Source: Octopus bimaculoides
Lineage: Eukaryota
Direction of reading: 5' to 3'
Length of the DNA stretch: 64,000 nucleotides
Assembly (NCBI RefSeq): GCF_001194135.2
Contig: NC_069003.1
Span: forward strand, 1,237,624 to 1,301,623
Positions 26,939-41,091 of this stretch are shown here, piece by piece (position 1 is the first letter of the stretch; every line of letters starts with the position of its first letter). The notes under the pieces were generated by a model. That model did not search any database. It was not told where the DNA came from and was given only the letters and a program-made list of their open reading frames with translations. The position numbers and the translations under genes were made by a program.

Positions 26939-27151
26939 TTATTTCTTTATTGCCCACAAGGGGCTAGAGGGGACAGACAAAGGGATTAAGTCGATTACAT
27001 CGACGCCAGTGCGTAACTGGTACTTAATTTATCGACTCCGAAAGGATGAAAGGCAAAGTCGACCACGGGGAAGTTTGAACGCCGAACGTAACGGCAGACG
27101 AAATACCACTAAGCATTTCACCCGGCATGCTAACGTTTCTGCCAGCTCGCC
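26939..27151 (-). mobile_element. SINE family B, full length, with a 19-bp target-site duplication
   Basis: GTATGTGTGTATGCTTTCT at 26921-26939 and 27154-27172 flanks the element. Confidence 0.92.
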
Positions 27152-27492
27152 TAGTATGTGTGTATGCTTTCTGCGTGCGTGTGGGTTGTATTGCTTCCAT
27201 GAAGCAATGTCTGATATATGATGTCTGATATATAAATATTTTGAGTCAACATAATGCAAGTTATGAAAACAAATGAATAATATAGGTGGACTGTTAAGTA
27301 CTTTTACCAGTTATTTCAGATTTAGGACCACTTCTATATGAAATATACGGAGAGAAAGGGGCCTAGCCCGGGATTATGAAATACCAGGTATAGTAGCAAC
27401 CATCAACCTGTGTTATTTATTTTTTATAACTAATATTGTTTTGGGTTTTAAAATGTTTAAATAACACACGGAAACACGCATGCACGGATATA

Positions 27493-27862
27493 TAATAATA
27501 TAAGATTTCTGAAGCACCCAAAACATGATAAAGAAGAATGAAGAATTATACGTCTTGAAAACCTGTTTATTACAATATTATTCTCATTAAACTCACATTA
27601 GATTCCAATCCGACACGTGTTTCTGCTTCACATGTGTCCTAATGTCCCCTCGCGTAGTATTTATGTATATTTAAGCCATTCAGTTTCAGTACGTATTCAT
27701 ATAAATGCACATAAATTCGACATCAAAGCATATTAGGACATTTATGCAGAAGAAACACGTGACGGATTCGAATCTAATGTGAGTTTCATAAAAATAATTG
27801 TAAAATAAACAAGCTTTGAAGATGTAGAATTCGCCATTCTTCTTTATGATATCTTAATTATA
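27493..27862. mobile_element. Fold-back palindromic element (MITE-like) with ~150-bp arms
   Basis: Left AAACTCACATTAGATTCCAATCCGACACGTGTTTCTGC matches the reverse complement of the right arm, AAACTCACATTAGATTCGAATCCGTCACGTGTTTCTTC. Pairing extends outward (ATAAAGAAGAATG) and inward to a ~28-nt spacer at 27674-27701. Confidence 0.8.
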
Positions 27863-29035
27863 AATTCTCTATGCTCATATGAAATCTAATGAAACGTAAT
27901 CAGGATTCGCTTATCGAGTGAAGCACCTAATTGATTACCTTGAACAATTCTATACAGTCCTTAAAATTCGATGTAGTTGCCGAGAATATGGATATTATAT
28001 CAGAAAAATCAAGTTTCCACATGCCTATTCCTTTACGTTATCTACACACACATACACACACCAACATATACATGCATATATATATATAATAAAGGGCATA
28101 TATGCATATATATGTATATATATGTATGTTCGTGTTTATGGGTGTTATTAATAATCGGCACAAGTTACAGACTGACTCAAAAACAGTGAGTTTCTTGCAT
28201 TAACGCGTCTAATTATGTCTGTCGGTGTGTGTGTATCTGCCTGTGTGTGTATACGTGTATGCATGCATGAGGGACTTCTGAGTTGAATGCTTGTCGGAGG
28301 AGAAACAACTGTAAGCCAATGGAAGTTAGTAAGTAGCATTTTATCTTTTCTCATTATTTATTTTTCTTTGCTCTTACGCTGTAGTATATGTGTGTGTGTC
28401 TGCATATGTTTGTGTGTGTGTGTGTGTGTGTGTAGGTATATATATGTAAATACAACCAAATTACACTCTAGGGTTAAACCGAATCTGAAGTTCTATTGTG
28501 TCTGGGAAGAGTCATTGATTTTCTCAATTCGTGGAATATTCGATATTAAATTTTCTTTCAAATATTTTGTGATACCAAAACATCACTTCTGATCGTATTT
28601 AATATTTTTAAAGAAGACATCTTGAAAATATTAAACGCCGTGTTTTCAAAATGAAATTCTCAAATCCATAAATATCTTTCTATAGAAGTTCTTTATTCTA
28701 AATGAGGTGCATGCTTTTGTAAATCCTTCTTATCGTTTTATAGTAGTCAAAGACAATAGGCTTGGTAATCTGTTACTGTTACCATTTCCACCAGAATAAT
28801 ATTTTTTGAACGTCAGCTATATTCATTGAACTGTTGAGTTGTTTTATATTTGAGTGACTGGGGTATGCGATATGTCTTAATGTTTGAAATACTTGCAGAA
28901 AGTTATTCCTATCGTGACATGGCATGAAAATAATATAATGGAAAAATAACGCAAGGGAAAACTCCGAAATTTGCTATATCACATAAGTAACCACACGCAT
29001 ATATATATATATATTCCCAGTGAGTGGGTGTATAC

Positions 29036-29099
<64 letters not shown>

Positions 29100-29611
29100 T
29101 CCACACGCACACATTATGCATCTATCTACATCTACATGAATATATATATATGTGTTTGTGAGTATGCATGCGTTTAAGAAATTGTTGAATCGTCAGTGTT
29201 ATGCTTTCTTCATGTAAAAATATTACCTCAAGAAGCTTCAAGATACGATCTGCCGTATTGCATCACCGATTACATCTAAGATTAAGTCAAACAGACTTCC
29301 AATTGAAGACAGTTCACAGCTAATTATTTAGCTTTATCTCTCGTTTATATCAGGAGCAGCTGTTTGTATTTTGAATGGTGAAATATATACATACACCCAT
29401 ACACACACACATATACGCACACACATGCATATCTTCAATGTGTGCTTGTGTATAAGCATGTTTGCGCATGTATGTACGCATGGATATATGCTGATGAAGT
29501 TGTAGAATGACAAAGTACCATACGTACACGCAATAGCATATATAATTGTATATACATACAAACATATCTGCCTTCGTAGCTACATACACACATGCTTCTA
29601 TATGTGTGTGC

Positions 29612-29649
<38 letters not shown>

Positions 29650-30097
29650 TTATTTGTGTGTGTATAAATATGTAAAGATATATGAAATATAAATAAATAG
29701 ACATTTATGTATGCAAGCATATATGAATATATATGTGTACGTATACCTCGCAATAGTCCTGGATTTTTTACAGCTATACTAAATACCGTTATCTATTTAT
29801 CTATATATTTATATACGTTATACACGCCTGTGCATATTTATATATCCATATCCATGACTTTGCGTCCGCATCTATATGAGTTTTGCTACCCCATTCCTTC
29901 TATTATTGCATTGAATGTGTGAAGACCAAAACTTATGATTCATTCATTTGTTCTCTAGTGTTCCTCATTTGTGATGTATGGAATAAACCAAGTATTTATT
30001 TCAACACTGTTTCCATCCAACTAATGTCATCTCTCATTTGTTCTAAATTGCACCGATAAACCACATGGTGTGTTTAATATCTTAGTATTCCTAGATT

Positions 30098-30185
30098 GGC
30101 TCGCTGGCACAAACGTTAACACGCCGGGCAAAATGCTTTGCGGCATTTATGCTCCTTTATGTTCGAGTTATAAATTCCGCCGAGA
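30098..30185 (+). mobile_element. SINE family B head fragment
   Basis: gctggcacaaacgttaacacgccgggcaaaatgctttgcggcattt..gagttataaattccgccgag. Confidence 0.65.
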
Positions 30186-30679
30186 GAGTTGCTGCTGGAA
30201 GGTCATATGTTTAACAACATGAATTCTCAGTTTGCAATATCTCCGAAAATATACATTTCTATTTCAAGCAGAGAAAAGAAAATGAAGAATGGTGGAAAAA
30301 ACACCGGCGTACACGGAAAATATTAAGATTATCGAATGGATATAAAAACTGGAGCGAGATATAGAATAGTTGTGGCCCGATCGAGGCCCGAAAGAAAAAC
30401 GTGCCATCTGTAAAGAATAATGAATATCGGTAGAAACAAGATGCCATGAGAAGGAAACCTATTAGTTGTTACATGAATTAAATAAGGAAACATTAGAACA
30501 ACTTAAAGAAATCATTAATGATAGTGGAGGCAAATTGTAAACTAAAGCGAAAGCAAGAGTAAATGTACAGGCTTCGTTAACCTTCAGCTATCGTCTCTCT
30601 CTCTCTCTTCCCCCTTCTTTCTTTTTGTACATACACACACACATGTATATATACATATACATGCGTGTTATGTATAAAT

Positions 30680-30751
<72 letters not shown>

Positions 30752-31016
30752 ATTTGTATCTATCTGTCTATCGTGTGACACTTTTCAACAGTCTACATAT
30801 GTATATGTATGCACATATATAGGCATGTTGTATGTGAACGTGCATATGTATATACGCACATATACGTACACATATGTACATCGGAATAATTCTTTTCTAT
30901 ATTTAGATAAATGTATGTATATACATATAGTGTAGTTAGGTGTATGTATGCAATTATCTATGTTTGTCTATTTCCAGCTATCTGTCGAAATTTCTTTCTC
31001 TCTAATATATATATAT

Positions 31017-31100
<84 letters not shown>

Positions 31101-32966
31101 TTATATATATGTACATACATATATATACGCTCATATACACGTGCATATTGGTAGTTACAGAAATACATAAAGTGCCCGCTTCATTCCTATATTTTAATCT
31201 ACTGCAGTACGAGGGTAATGGAGAATAGTCAGTTAATGAAGCACAGAGCATAAATAAATAACGAAATAAATAAACATTTTAGAAAATTGTAAGAAAAATG
31301 GCGAAAATATCAAATACAAGACATGAAACAAATTAAATTAATAGTTGCAAAGTAATTCGGCTTTGATTTCTAGATTTTTTTCAATCGTTCACTGCGTCAA
31401 TCACGCAACATAAAAATTCTTACATACTAAGATATAACATATATATATATATATATATATATCTACCGATACATGAATACAACATACATATATCGAACAT
31501 ACATTCATGCATACGTACGTACATACATATACAACTATACACAACTACATATATAAGTTTGTGTGTGTGTGTAGATATTATATACGTAAATTTTATTCAT
31601 GCGTGTATAGTAATACCTATGTATAGTAATGTAAATGCGCACAAGTAGACCATGAACAAAGAAAATGTAAAGTGCATACATATGCACATACATGTATACG
31701 TGTGTAGTTATGTATTTCATACGCAAATACACACATATGTACACAATCGCACACAAGCACACGCTTATACACANNNNNNNNNNNNNNNNNNNNNNNNNNN
31801 NNNNNNNNNNNNNNNNNNNNNNNNNNNNNNNNNNNNNNNNNNNNNNNNNNNNNNNNNNNNNNNNNNNNNNNNNNNNNNNNNNNNNNNNNNNNNNNNNNNN
31901 NNNNNNNNNNNNNNNNNNNNNNNNNNNNNNNNNNNNNNNNNNNNNNNNNNNNNNNNNNNNNNNNNNNNNNNNNNNNNNNNNNNNNNNNNNNNNNNNNNNN
32001 NNNNNNNNNNNNNNNNNNNNNNNNNNNNNNNNNNNNNNNNNNNNNNNNNNNNNNNNNNNNNNNNNNNNNNNNNNNNNNNNNNNNNNNNNNNNNNNNNNNN
32101 NNNNNNNNNNNNNNNNNNNNNNNNNNNNNNNNNNNNNNNNNNNNNNNNNNNNNNNNNNNNNNNNNNNNNNNNNNNNNNNNNNNNNNNNNNNNNNNNNNNN
32201 NNNNNNNNNNNNNNNNNNNNNNNNNNNNNNNNNNNNNNNNNNNNNNNNNNNNNNNNNNNNNNNNNNNNNNNNNNNNNNNNNNNNNNNNNNNNNNNNNNNN
32301 NNNNNNNNNNNNNNNNNNNNNNNNNNNNNNNNNNNNNNNNNNNNNNNNNNNNNNNNNNNNNNNNNNNNNNNNNNNNNNNNNNNNNNNNNNNNNNNNNNNN
32401 NNNNNNNNNNNNNNNNNNNNNNNNNNNNNNNNNNNNGCTGAGTTCACGTCAGCTTCACTGAAGAGCGTTAATATCCACAGGGAAACCTGCCTGAAACGAT
32501 GGAATGAATTCAATTATATAGCAGACAACGGGCATATATAACCTGCATTGAACACTTTACTTCCTCACAGCTATTATTGAGTATTGATCACTTGAGCATT
32601 TATGTATACATTATTATTTATGAATGTATATACACAAGTATACAAATATGAGTGTACATGTCTATAGATTTATACACACGAATGTATGGAGGCACACATG
32701 TACACACACACACACACACAGTATTGCACATACGTATTTACACAGACACGCACACATACATACGTCTGTATGTATGCCAGCGACTGTACAAAGGAATTGG
32801 TGCTGCTTTGAGATTTCCAAGCGTAAAATCACGTTTTCCAGCGCTGTTAATATTTAACAAACTGTAAAATCTTGTTGGATATATTCGAACGTTGCAAGAC
32901 CGCAGTTCATACATACACATGCAGACAGAATCATCCACATATTCGTCTATAGATTCAAATGCATAA

Positions 32967-33011
<45 letters not shown>

Positions 33012-33599
33012 NNNNNNNNNNNNNNNNNNNNNNNNNNNNNNNNNNNNNNNNNNNNNNNNNNNNNNNNNNNNNNNNNNNNNNNNNNNNNNNNNNNNNNNNN
33101 NNNNNNNNNNNNNNNNNNNNNNNNNNNNNNNNNNNNNNNNNNNNNNNNNNNNNNNNNNNNNNNNNNNNNNNNNNNNNNNNNNNNNNNNNNNNNNNNNNNN
33201 NNNNNNNNNNNNNNNNNNNNNNNNNNNNNNNNNNNNNNNNNNNNNNNNNNNNNNNNNNNNNNNNNNNNNNNNNNNNNNNNNNNNNNNNNNNNNNNNNNNN
33301 NNNNNNNNNNNNNNNNNNNNNNNNNNNNNNNNNNNNNNNNNNNNNNNATATATATATATATATATATATATATATACTCCCCCTCTTCTTTATATATTTA
33401 TGTATAAGTAGTTATATATATATATAGGTGTGTGTATGGGTGTGTGTATATGTGTCTGTGTGCGCTGCGGATTTGTTCATTTATATACATATATGTATCT
33501 ACTTTCATAATAGCATACATAAGTACACCAAGAATGTTATTACTATTGACTTCTCTACCTAATCGTATATACGTAACCCAAACATTAACGTCGACTCGA

Positions 33600-36110
33600 A
33601 CATCTTTTAAATAATGCATCAAAGCATTTCGACTTCATCCTAGTGGTCCAGGTGTATTCGTGGACCTCATGCACACATATATCAAAAATATCTTCGCGAG
33701 ATCCATAAAGTCCTTCCCTGAAATATGCCTAATGGCTCTTTGCCTTCAATATACTCCCAGTATTTCAGCACTTCTACTTCTTTGCAACATTAGGCGAAGA
33801 TCTACTTTCTTCTCAAGAAAAAATCATATGCGTATTTTCGTAGGAGATTGCGTAGTCACAGAACCTATCGAGGTAGATTAGTATCTCTAGGATAACCAAG
33901 CATTGTAATAACCCTCTCTTCGAAGGGTATGATTTTACAATCCACGAAACAGAAATAAGAAATTATCTGGTGCATAAAATTTATAAAGAACAAGCATTGC
34001 AGACTCTCGAAAAGTATGGAAATTTATCATCGAATATGCGACCCATGTTATAAGTAATTTCTTGAAAGTGTCACCACGTTTTTATTTTGTAACCAGCACG
34101 ATGTCCTTGTAAAAACAATGAGCGGTGGAACATTTGGTTATAATCCTGAAAACATTAGACCTCTGATGCGAATGGCATAATCCGCTGACTACATGAAAGA
34201 CTACTTTTGTAGAATCACACAGGAACTGCTAACTTTGCTTAAATATTTATGGTATGCTGTTAAACATTTCGTTGGCGACCTGGTCACTGCTACAGTTCCA
34301 CTAATTTGAAAATTTTGGTAGTTGGCCAGTTTATAGAAGCGTCAGTAATCGAAATCTGATGGCGGCGTGATGAGTGTTGACACCAAGCAATAAATGATTA
34401 AATTAATTTAATAGTTTTGAATGACTAAAATATATTTTCACGCTTGCTTTCCTTTGTTCCAACACGGTCTCAGATCAAATCACTTGCCTAATAAATACAA
34501 CTGTGATACATCTAGAATGGTTTTATGAATTCTTTGAAGAAACTAGAGTAGCCCAGACATTATAATACGGTGAAATGAAGAAGAAAGAGGTGTTGTAAAC
34601 AAAATCGGATGTCTAACAAAATTGATCATATATGTAAAGGTAACTGGAAACAGAAATGCTATGCTGAAGTGGAGATAAATCGCTACGATGCCATTCTTGA
34701 ATTAGCTACATGAAAGACTAGGAACTTTTCCCCCAAAATGGCTTTTCATAAGGACCACCAGTTCAGTTTCAGTCCTACAGAATCTGCAATTATTGTCACA
34801 TTTGTCCTTTTCAAATATATCGTTATAACTGATTTTGTATCATATGATTTTTCCTTATATTTTTAAAATGCTGAAATATCAAAATAACGGCACAATATAT
34901 GGCAGATATATTTGGAAGAAGTATTTTGAAAATGTTGTACATGGTATTAACTGAAAATAATGAAGATTTAAACCGGAGTAGATTTGTGATAAAATATTGG
35001 ATACAGAATGCATTAAATGAGTCTACATTGCAAGATGTAGGATTTATTTCTTTAATTTATCGGAATACGGGTAGTAATACGCTTGTTTAAGTTATCGATC
35101 ATTTTGTTTACGCAGCCAAAATTTTTACTTGTTAGTTTAGTTAATAGGCTTAAAACGATTATTCCTTTAATAAATCTCTTCCTTGCAACAAAAAATTCCT
35201 TCAATAAGAATATTAACTATTGTGATTCTATGCAGAGAATTTCTAAGCTCTCCGAATTGCAAAGATTGCATGTTTTTTGTTTCATTTTTGTTTTCGCTTT
35301 TGTATAGGATTCAACTATGAACCAAATGTTCGTTTTAAGCTGTAAATTACTTTTACGATTTTTAATTCCAGCATGGATGGAAACAAATATATCGCTTTAA
35401 AGCGTATTCATTTTGATGCTGGATTTAAAAGGATTAAGTATGAGGCAAATATACGTGTTAGAAATATTATGAAGTTGTACAGGCTATTATTTCGTTTTGA
35501 GAGAATGTAGGCAATATAATCTAGAGGATATTTATTAGACTTAATGCTGGAAAAATAACTGAAAATCGATCTTAACGAAATTATACGGTAAAAATTTTAG
35601 CAGAAACAAATTGTTTAATAATGTTTGTCGAGCAAGTCGAAATAATTCCAAGTCTAAATTCTTTTAAAAAATAAAACATTTGTGTTGTGGGAATTTTTCT
35701 AATAATTAGGAGACAATTGATTACAGTTTTGCTAGATTAAGATGAAAGTATTTGGGTTTCCACATCTATTTCTATGGCAACGCGTTTGGGATTTGTCCTG
35801 CGTAAGATGTTCTGTTTTAAAACAGACCTGGAAAGTCTCTTTTATAGTATTGAATATACTGAACAAAGATTTCCATAACTGAAAAACATTGTGGAACAAT
35901 TTGAGTAATCTATGATATTCTTAGAGAGCTTAAAGTTTGCGGAAATTTATTTCCAAACTTGGATTCGCAAGTCACCTTCAAGTGACCTTTCCCAATATTC
36001 TCTTGAAATCTTGCGGCGCATGGCTATAATACTTATAGTACTTATTTATTAACTCCAAGAAGATAAAGACAAAGTTGAACTCCATGCCATTTTAAATGAG
36101 AGCAGAGGAG
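33600..36110 (+). mobile_element. Possible highly decayed DNA transposon (hAT-like), very weak
   Basis: 2.5 kb free of SINEs and microsatellites; fragments DLESLFYSIEYTEQRFP*LK and YDILRELKVCGNLFPNL (about 35820-35970) loosely recall the hAT C-terminal dimerisation region. Confidence 0.25.
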
Positions 36111-37239
36111 AGAGAGATACAAAACAAAAGAACATTTACACCGTCGCTTTACACTAAGAGGCATCCGTTAGTTTCGAGCGTCCATCGGTTCGCAAAACTA
36201 TTAAAGTTCGTTAATAGTTTCTGTTACCGATCTAGATACAAGCACACATTTACACCCACTCAACTCTCCCTTAGCCATAACAGCACTTGCAAATTGTGAA
36301 ATCTGGAGGGAGAGAGAGAGCGGCTGGTAGCCATTTTCACCTAACAAAACTGAAGGAACCCGAATTGAAATGCTTTGCCTGTGGACTTAACAAACCGCAT
36401 GATCTAAGGAACTCAACCTGAATAGTCTGCTCGAGACACGAACAACTATATCACAGGGTCAATTGCGTCTCAACAACGAGCATTCATACATCGATGTTTA
36501 CATACATACTAATATGTATGCATGCCTGAATACAATCACATACACACACACACACACATATATATACATACAGACGCAATTAATCTCGTGTTCATAAATC
36601 AAGCCGTTATTTATATCTCCCTCTTTGTCTGTGTGTCTTCCTGTCATCCTTACTCTCACTCACTCACTCCCTAACTCACTCACACTCTCTCTATCCCTTT
36701 CTCTCTCACGCGATTTTACAGTAACTCAAATATCTATGAAGTGAAACGTTGAAATGAAAACCAAAAACAAACACACCGAATATCGCTTTACTTCTGCTTC
36801 AGTTCCATCACGTTTTACAGGTTACAATGTATTACTCGTGTCTTTCTCGAGCAGGAAATTGGTTAACATTGCGCATGAGCAACGTAATTGTCCACCATTG
36901 ACATATTACAATCCACACGTAATTCGTTCCTTGAGCAAAAGATTGAAAACCATCATACAGTTATCTCCCATAGGGAAAACTGACATTGCACTAAGTCCTT
37001 AAGAATTTTAAACCGGAAATTGCTATTTCATCTCATGCGATACACGTGATTAAATCGTAGTAAGTTGAAAGATGCAGTTAATGCCTCACATATAGCATAA
37101 AGATTATTATTAAATAGGTATGTATGTGTGTGGATAGGTGTAATTGTGTTTTAATGTGTGCAGAAGTGTGTGTATGTACATAAGCACATGTGTTTTTAGT
37201 GCGATTATGAGGGTGTTTGTGAGTATGCATATGTGTCAC

Positions 37240-37287
<48 letters not shown>

Positions 37288-37301
37288 GTGACACACATGA
37301 C

Positions 37302-37378
<77 letters not shown>

Positions 37379-37501
37379 CAGACTGATAGATAGGTAAATA
37401 TGGATATGAGTGAACGCATGTATTGGCATGTGTAAATGTATATCTTTTATTGATGTCAATATTATTATATATAACAAAATGTACGTGTGTGTATGTAGAA
37501 T

Positions 37502-37545
<44 letters not shown>

Positions 37546-39431
37546 TGTGTGTGTGCGTGTACGATGAACTTAATGCATCTGCATGTATGTGTGCGGATGA
37601 ACATATGTACGCACATTGATATATGTAAGCGAATTACAGCTGAATTCTTAAAGTTTTCATTCCAATATCACCATGGTTTGCGGATGTATCTTACTCCGTA
37701 GCACCTAGAACACCGCATCGGAGAAATCAATGTCTTAGTAGTAGAATTATATGGGCTTAAGTGCTAGTCCTGTGTGATGATCCGATGGAACATTAGGAGC
37801 ATGTGATTTGATACCATGTGATAACTGTTGAGCTTTCCCAGTTCTAAAGGCACCGTTTGCACGGTAAATATCATTGATATATAGCCTGCACGCAAGCATC
37901 CATAAGGAAAGCTTCATAATTTCTATCAGATATCAAAACGTAGTGTGTTGCTCGTTTCCTTTTATCTCTAACTTTCTAGATCCAATTGAGATTTAGCTCT
38001 AAGTGCGCCGCATCTGGAATCAACCCTGGTTCGAATCTACGGTTACACTGGTTTCGGTACATTCGTATCTGCATATCTGCAAGTATCCTTTCAGCACATG
38101 GTACCTTCATGCTCGTTTTGACCTCACTGTGAATCCTATGACTAACAACTAACCGTAGACTCAGACGCTAAATACTGAACGTCGTGGTTAACCATCAACT
38201 GGGACCCAACTGAGAGCCAACACGGCATACGCTCACATAATAGATATATATAGATACATAAAGAGAAAGATAGTTAAATAGATACATAAAGAGAAAGATA
38301 GTTAAATAGATAGATATAGATATGTATATAGATGGATATTGATGGATATATCTATATCTGTATAGTTATAGATATAATTATAGATAGACAGACAGACAGA
38401 CAAGTAGATAGATAAATAGATACATACATAGATAGGTGGATAAATAGATAGACAGATATGGATCTGAAGATATATATACACGAAGTCACAAACGCATACT
38501 AATAAACATACAGCCATAGATATATACACATGCAGTCGCAGTGCACTTTAGTAAGTAGAGTTAATAAATTGATATAGTGCAATCGGAAATTGTAATTTCT
38601 CGGCATGCACAAAAGAGATAAGGAAAAGTTGTAAGCTATACTTCGGAGTAACCAGAGTCGTAAAAAGGCCACGTTTCTCAATAATAATAAATGGTGTAAT
38701 TGAGCCATCAAATTGTAGAAATGCAGACGATAATTCATTATGACTATTCTCTAGTGATTTATGCTGCTTCTATTTCTGTTTGTATGTGTCACAGAGTTGC
38801 ATCCTCTCCTAATACAGACATTCTCTCTCTCTCGCTGTCACTCTCTGTCTGTGTTTCTTTCTGTCTTCCCCACTCACTTCTCTCTCTCTTTCCCTCGTTC
38901 GCCCTGTCATATTTGTGACAGTGCATGTGTCTCGTAGTCGGACACCAATTCATAATCGCAAATACGTTGTGATATACATACTTATGCGGACAGATTTATG
39001 GTTACATAAATGTATGGACAAAAGCGATGGGCATCCTTTAATTCACGCACATGAATGCATAGAAAGAAGGAGTTCCAGCATGAAGATAACTAATATATGG
39101 AACGAATACATACACACACACATACACATATATATATACTGAATGTATATATGTACGTATGTATTTCAATATAAGTTTATATGTGTGCACGTGTGTGTGA
39201 GTGTGTAGGCTTGAAATTTACGAATATATATACATATATATATACGTTTGTTTGTATATCTACGTGTGGTATATACATGTGTATGGCTATATAAGTAGAT
39301 TTTGTACTGAGTGTAAGAACGTCGCGGGTTTTTAAACTCAGAGTATATATTTATATTGTCGCAAACGCATAATCGATTGCATAGAAACTGCTACTTCAAA
39401 GTGAATTATTTATATTTTTTTCTACTCTGAG

Positions 39432-40031
39432 ACTAATGCCCGAAATTTTGGGTGAAAAGACCCAGTCGATTACATCGATCCAGTACGCAACTGGTACGTA
39501 ATTTATCGACCCCGGAAGGATGAAAGGCTAAGTCGACCGTGGCGGAATTTGAGCTCAGAACGTAACGGCAGACGAAATACTGCTAAGCATCTCGCCCGGC
39601 TTGCTGACGTTTCTTGCTTCGTTATTGCACATAGAGGGGACAGACAAAGGGATTAAGTCGATCATATCAACCCTAATGCGTAACTGGTACTTATTTAATC
39701 GACTCCGAAAGGATGAAAGGCAAAGTCGACCTCGGCGGAATTTGAACTCAGAACGTAGCGGCAGTCGAAATACCGCTTAGCATTTCGCTCGGCATGCTAG
39801 CGTTTCTTATTTCTTTATTGGCCACACGGGGCTAAACATAGAGGGGCTAAACAAGGACAGACAAAGGGATTAAGTCGATCATATCAACCCCAGTGGGTAA
39901 CAGGTACTTATTTAATCGACCCCGAAAGGATAAAAGGCAAAGTCGACCTGGACGGAGTTTGAACTCAGAACGTAACGGCAGAAATACCGCTAAGCATTTC
40001 GCCAGGCGTGCTAACAATTCTGCCAGCTCGA
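39432..40031 (-). mobile_element. Three tandem SINE family B copies (39432-39614, 39615-39807, 39808-40031)
   Basis: The ggatgaaaggc(a/t)aagtcgacc core occurs three times in the same orientation; the first two copies break at the same head motif CGTTTCT. Confidence 0.9.
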
Positions 40032-40600
40032 CGTCTTTGTAATTATTGTTTACTTTTTAAGCATTTGCTGTTGGCTACAAGCTTTAATCGTTTGCTCTTT
40101 CCAATAGTCTGTTCAACAATTTATTTGAATGACGCTCTTGTCTTCTTTTCCTCTTTGTATAGCATCACAATTCTCTGAGGTTACATCATATATTACCTTA
40201 CATTTATGTTTAATAATTGTCATTATCACTCACTATGATTTCACATTAATTTTTACGGAATTTGAAGCGGTGATATATTGTCAATACCGGTCGTAATTCA
40301 GCATTCAAAACACGAGGCAGTATCATGTAGTCTGGTGAGATGCAGGTTGTCAATAATATGTCCGAGGTTGTCCTATAACTAACACTAATAATTTATGACT
40401 ACGTTTCTGATACAAACCAGTACTGTTATTTAGACTTAATAGTGGTGCTACGATTCCATATAACCAGTTTTTCTGTCAATAATAGTCTCAGACCTAAAAA
40501 AATTACTCATGTGGCGTCTATATCGTGGACGTATTATATGGAATAAAATCGCTACCGCTATTATTTCTCCAACATTTTGTACTAAGAATTATTTAATTAT

Positions 40601-40969
40601 GGTGAAGGCGCAATAGCCCAGTGGTTAGGGCAGCGGACTCGCGGTCATAGGATCGCGGTTTCGATTCCCAGACCGGGCATTGTGAGTGTTTATTGAACGA
40701 AAACACCTAAAGCTCCAGCAGGGGATGGTGGCGAACCCTGCTGTACTCTTTCACCACAACTTTCTCTCACTGTTACTTCCTATTTCTACTGTGCCTGTAA
40801 TTCAAAAGGTCAGCCTTGTCACACTGTGAATATCGCCGAGAACTACGTTAAGGGTACATGTGTCTGTGGAGTGCTCAGCCACTTCCACGTTAATTTCACG
40901 AGCAGGCTGTTCCGTTGATCGGATCAGCTGGAACCCTCGACATCGTAATCGACGGAGTGCCAACACACA
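40601..40969 (+). mobile_element. SINE family C (tRNA-like head), full length, with a 12-bp target-site duplication
   Basis: Head tagcccagtggttaggg..ggtttcgattccc; TATTTAATTATG at 40590-40601 and 40970-40981; homolog at 58397-58727. Confidence 0.9.
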
Positions 40970-41091
40970 TATTTAATTATGAGTGTATTTGAACCAAGTT
41001 CTGCATTTGTTTATAAAGCTTATTTTATATCGGAAGGAATTCAACAAAGTAATCCGCTGTCGAGTTTACATAAATGTTTCACTGGAATTAT

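Noticed and set aside
30265-30450. WWKNTGVHGKY..RPERKT, vaguely like an RT C-terminus
   Set aside because: Similarity too weak, with multiple stops.
37700-38100. Minus-strand peptide with PSDH (AP endonuclease-like) and a plus-strand GGTTCGAATC
   Set aside because: Single short motifs amid stops; not enough to call a LINE or SINE.
38251-38310. 28-bp tandem duplication
   Set aside because: Trivial slippage in (AGAT)n-rich sequence.
40606-40678. tRNA-like sequence (also 58650-58725)
   Set aside because: It is a SINE head: no proper acceptor or anticodon stems, and it continues into the repeat body with a TSD.
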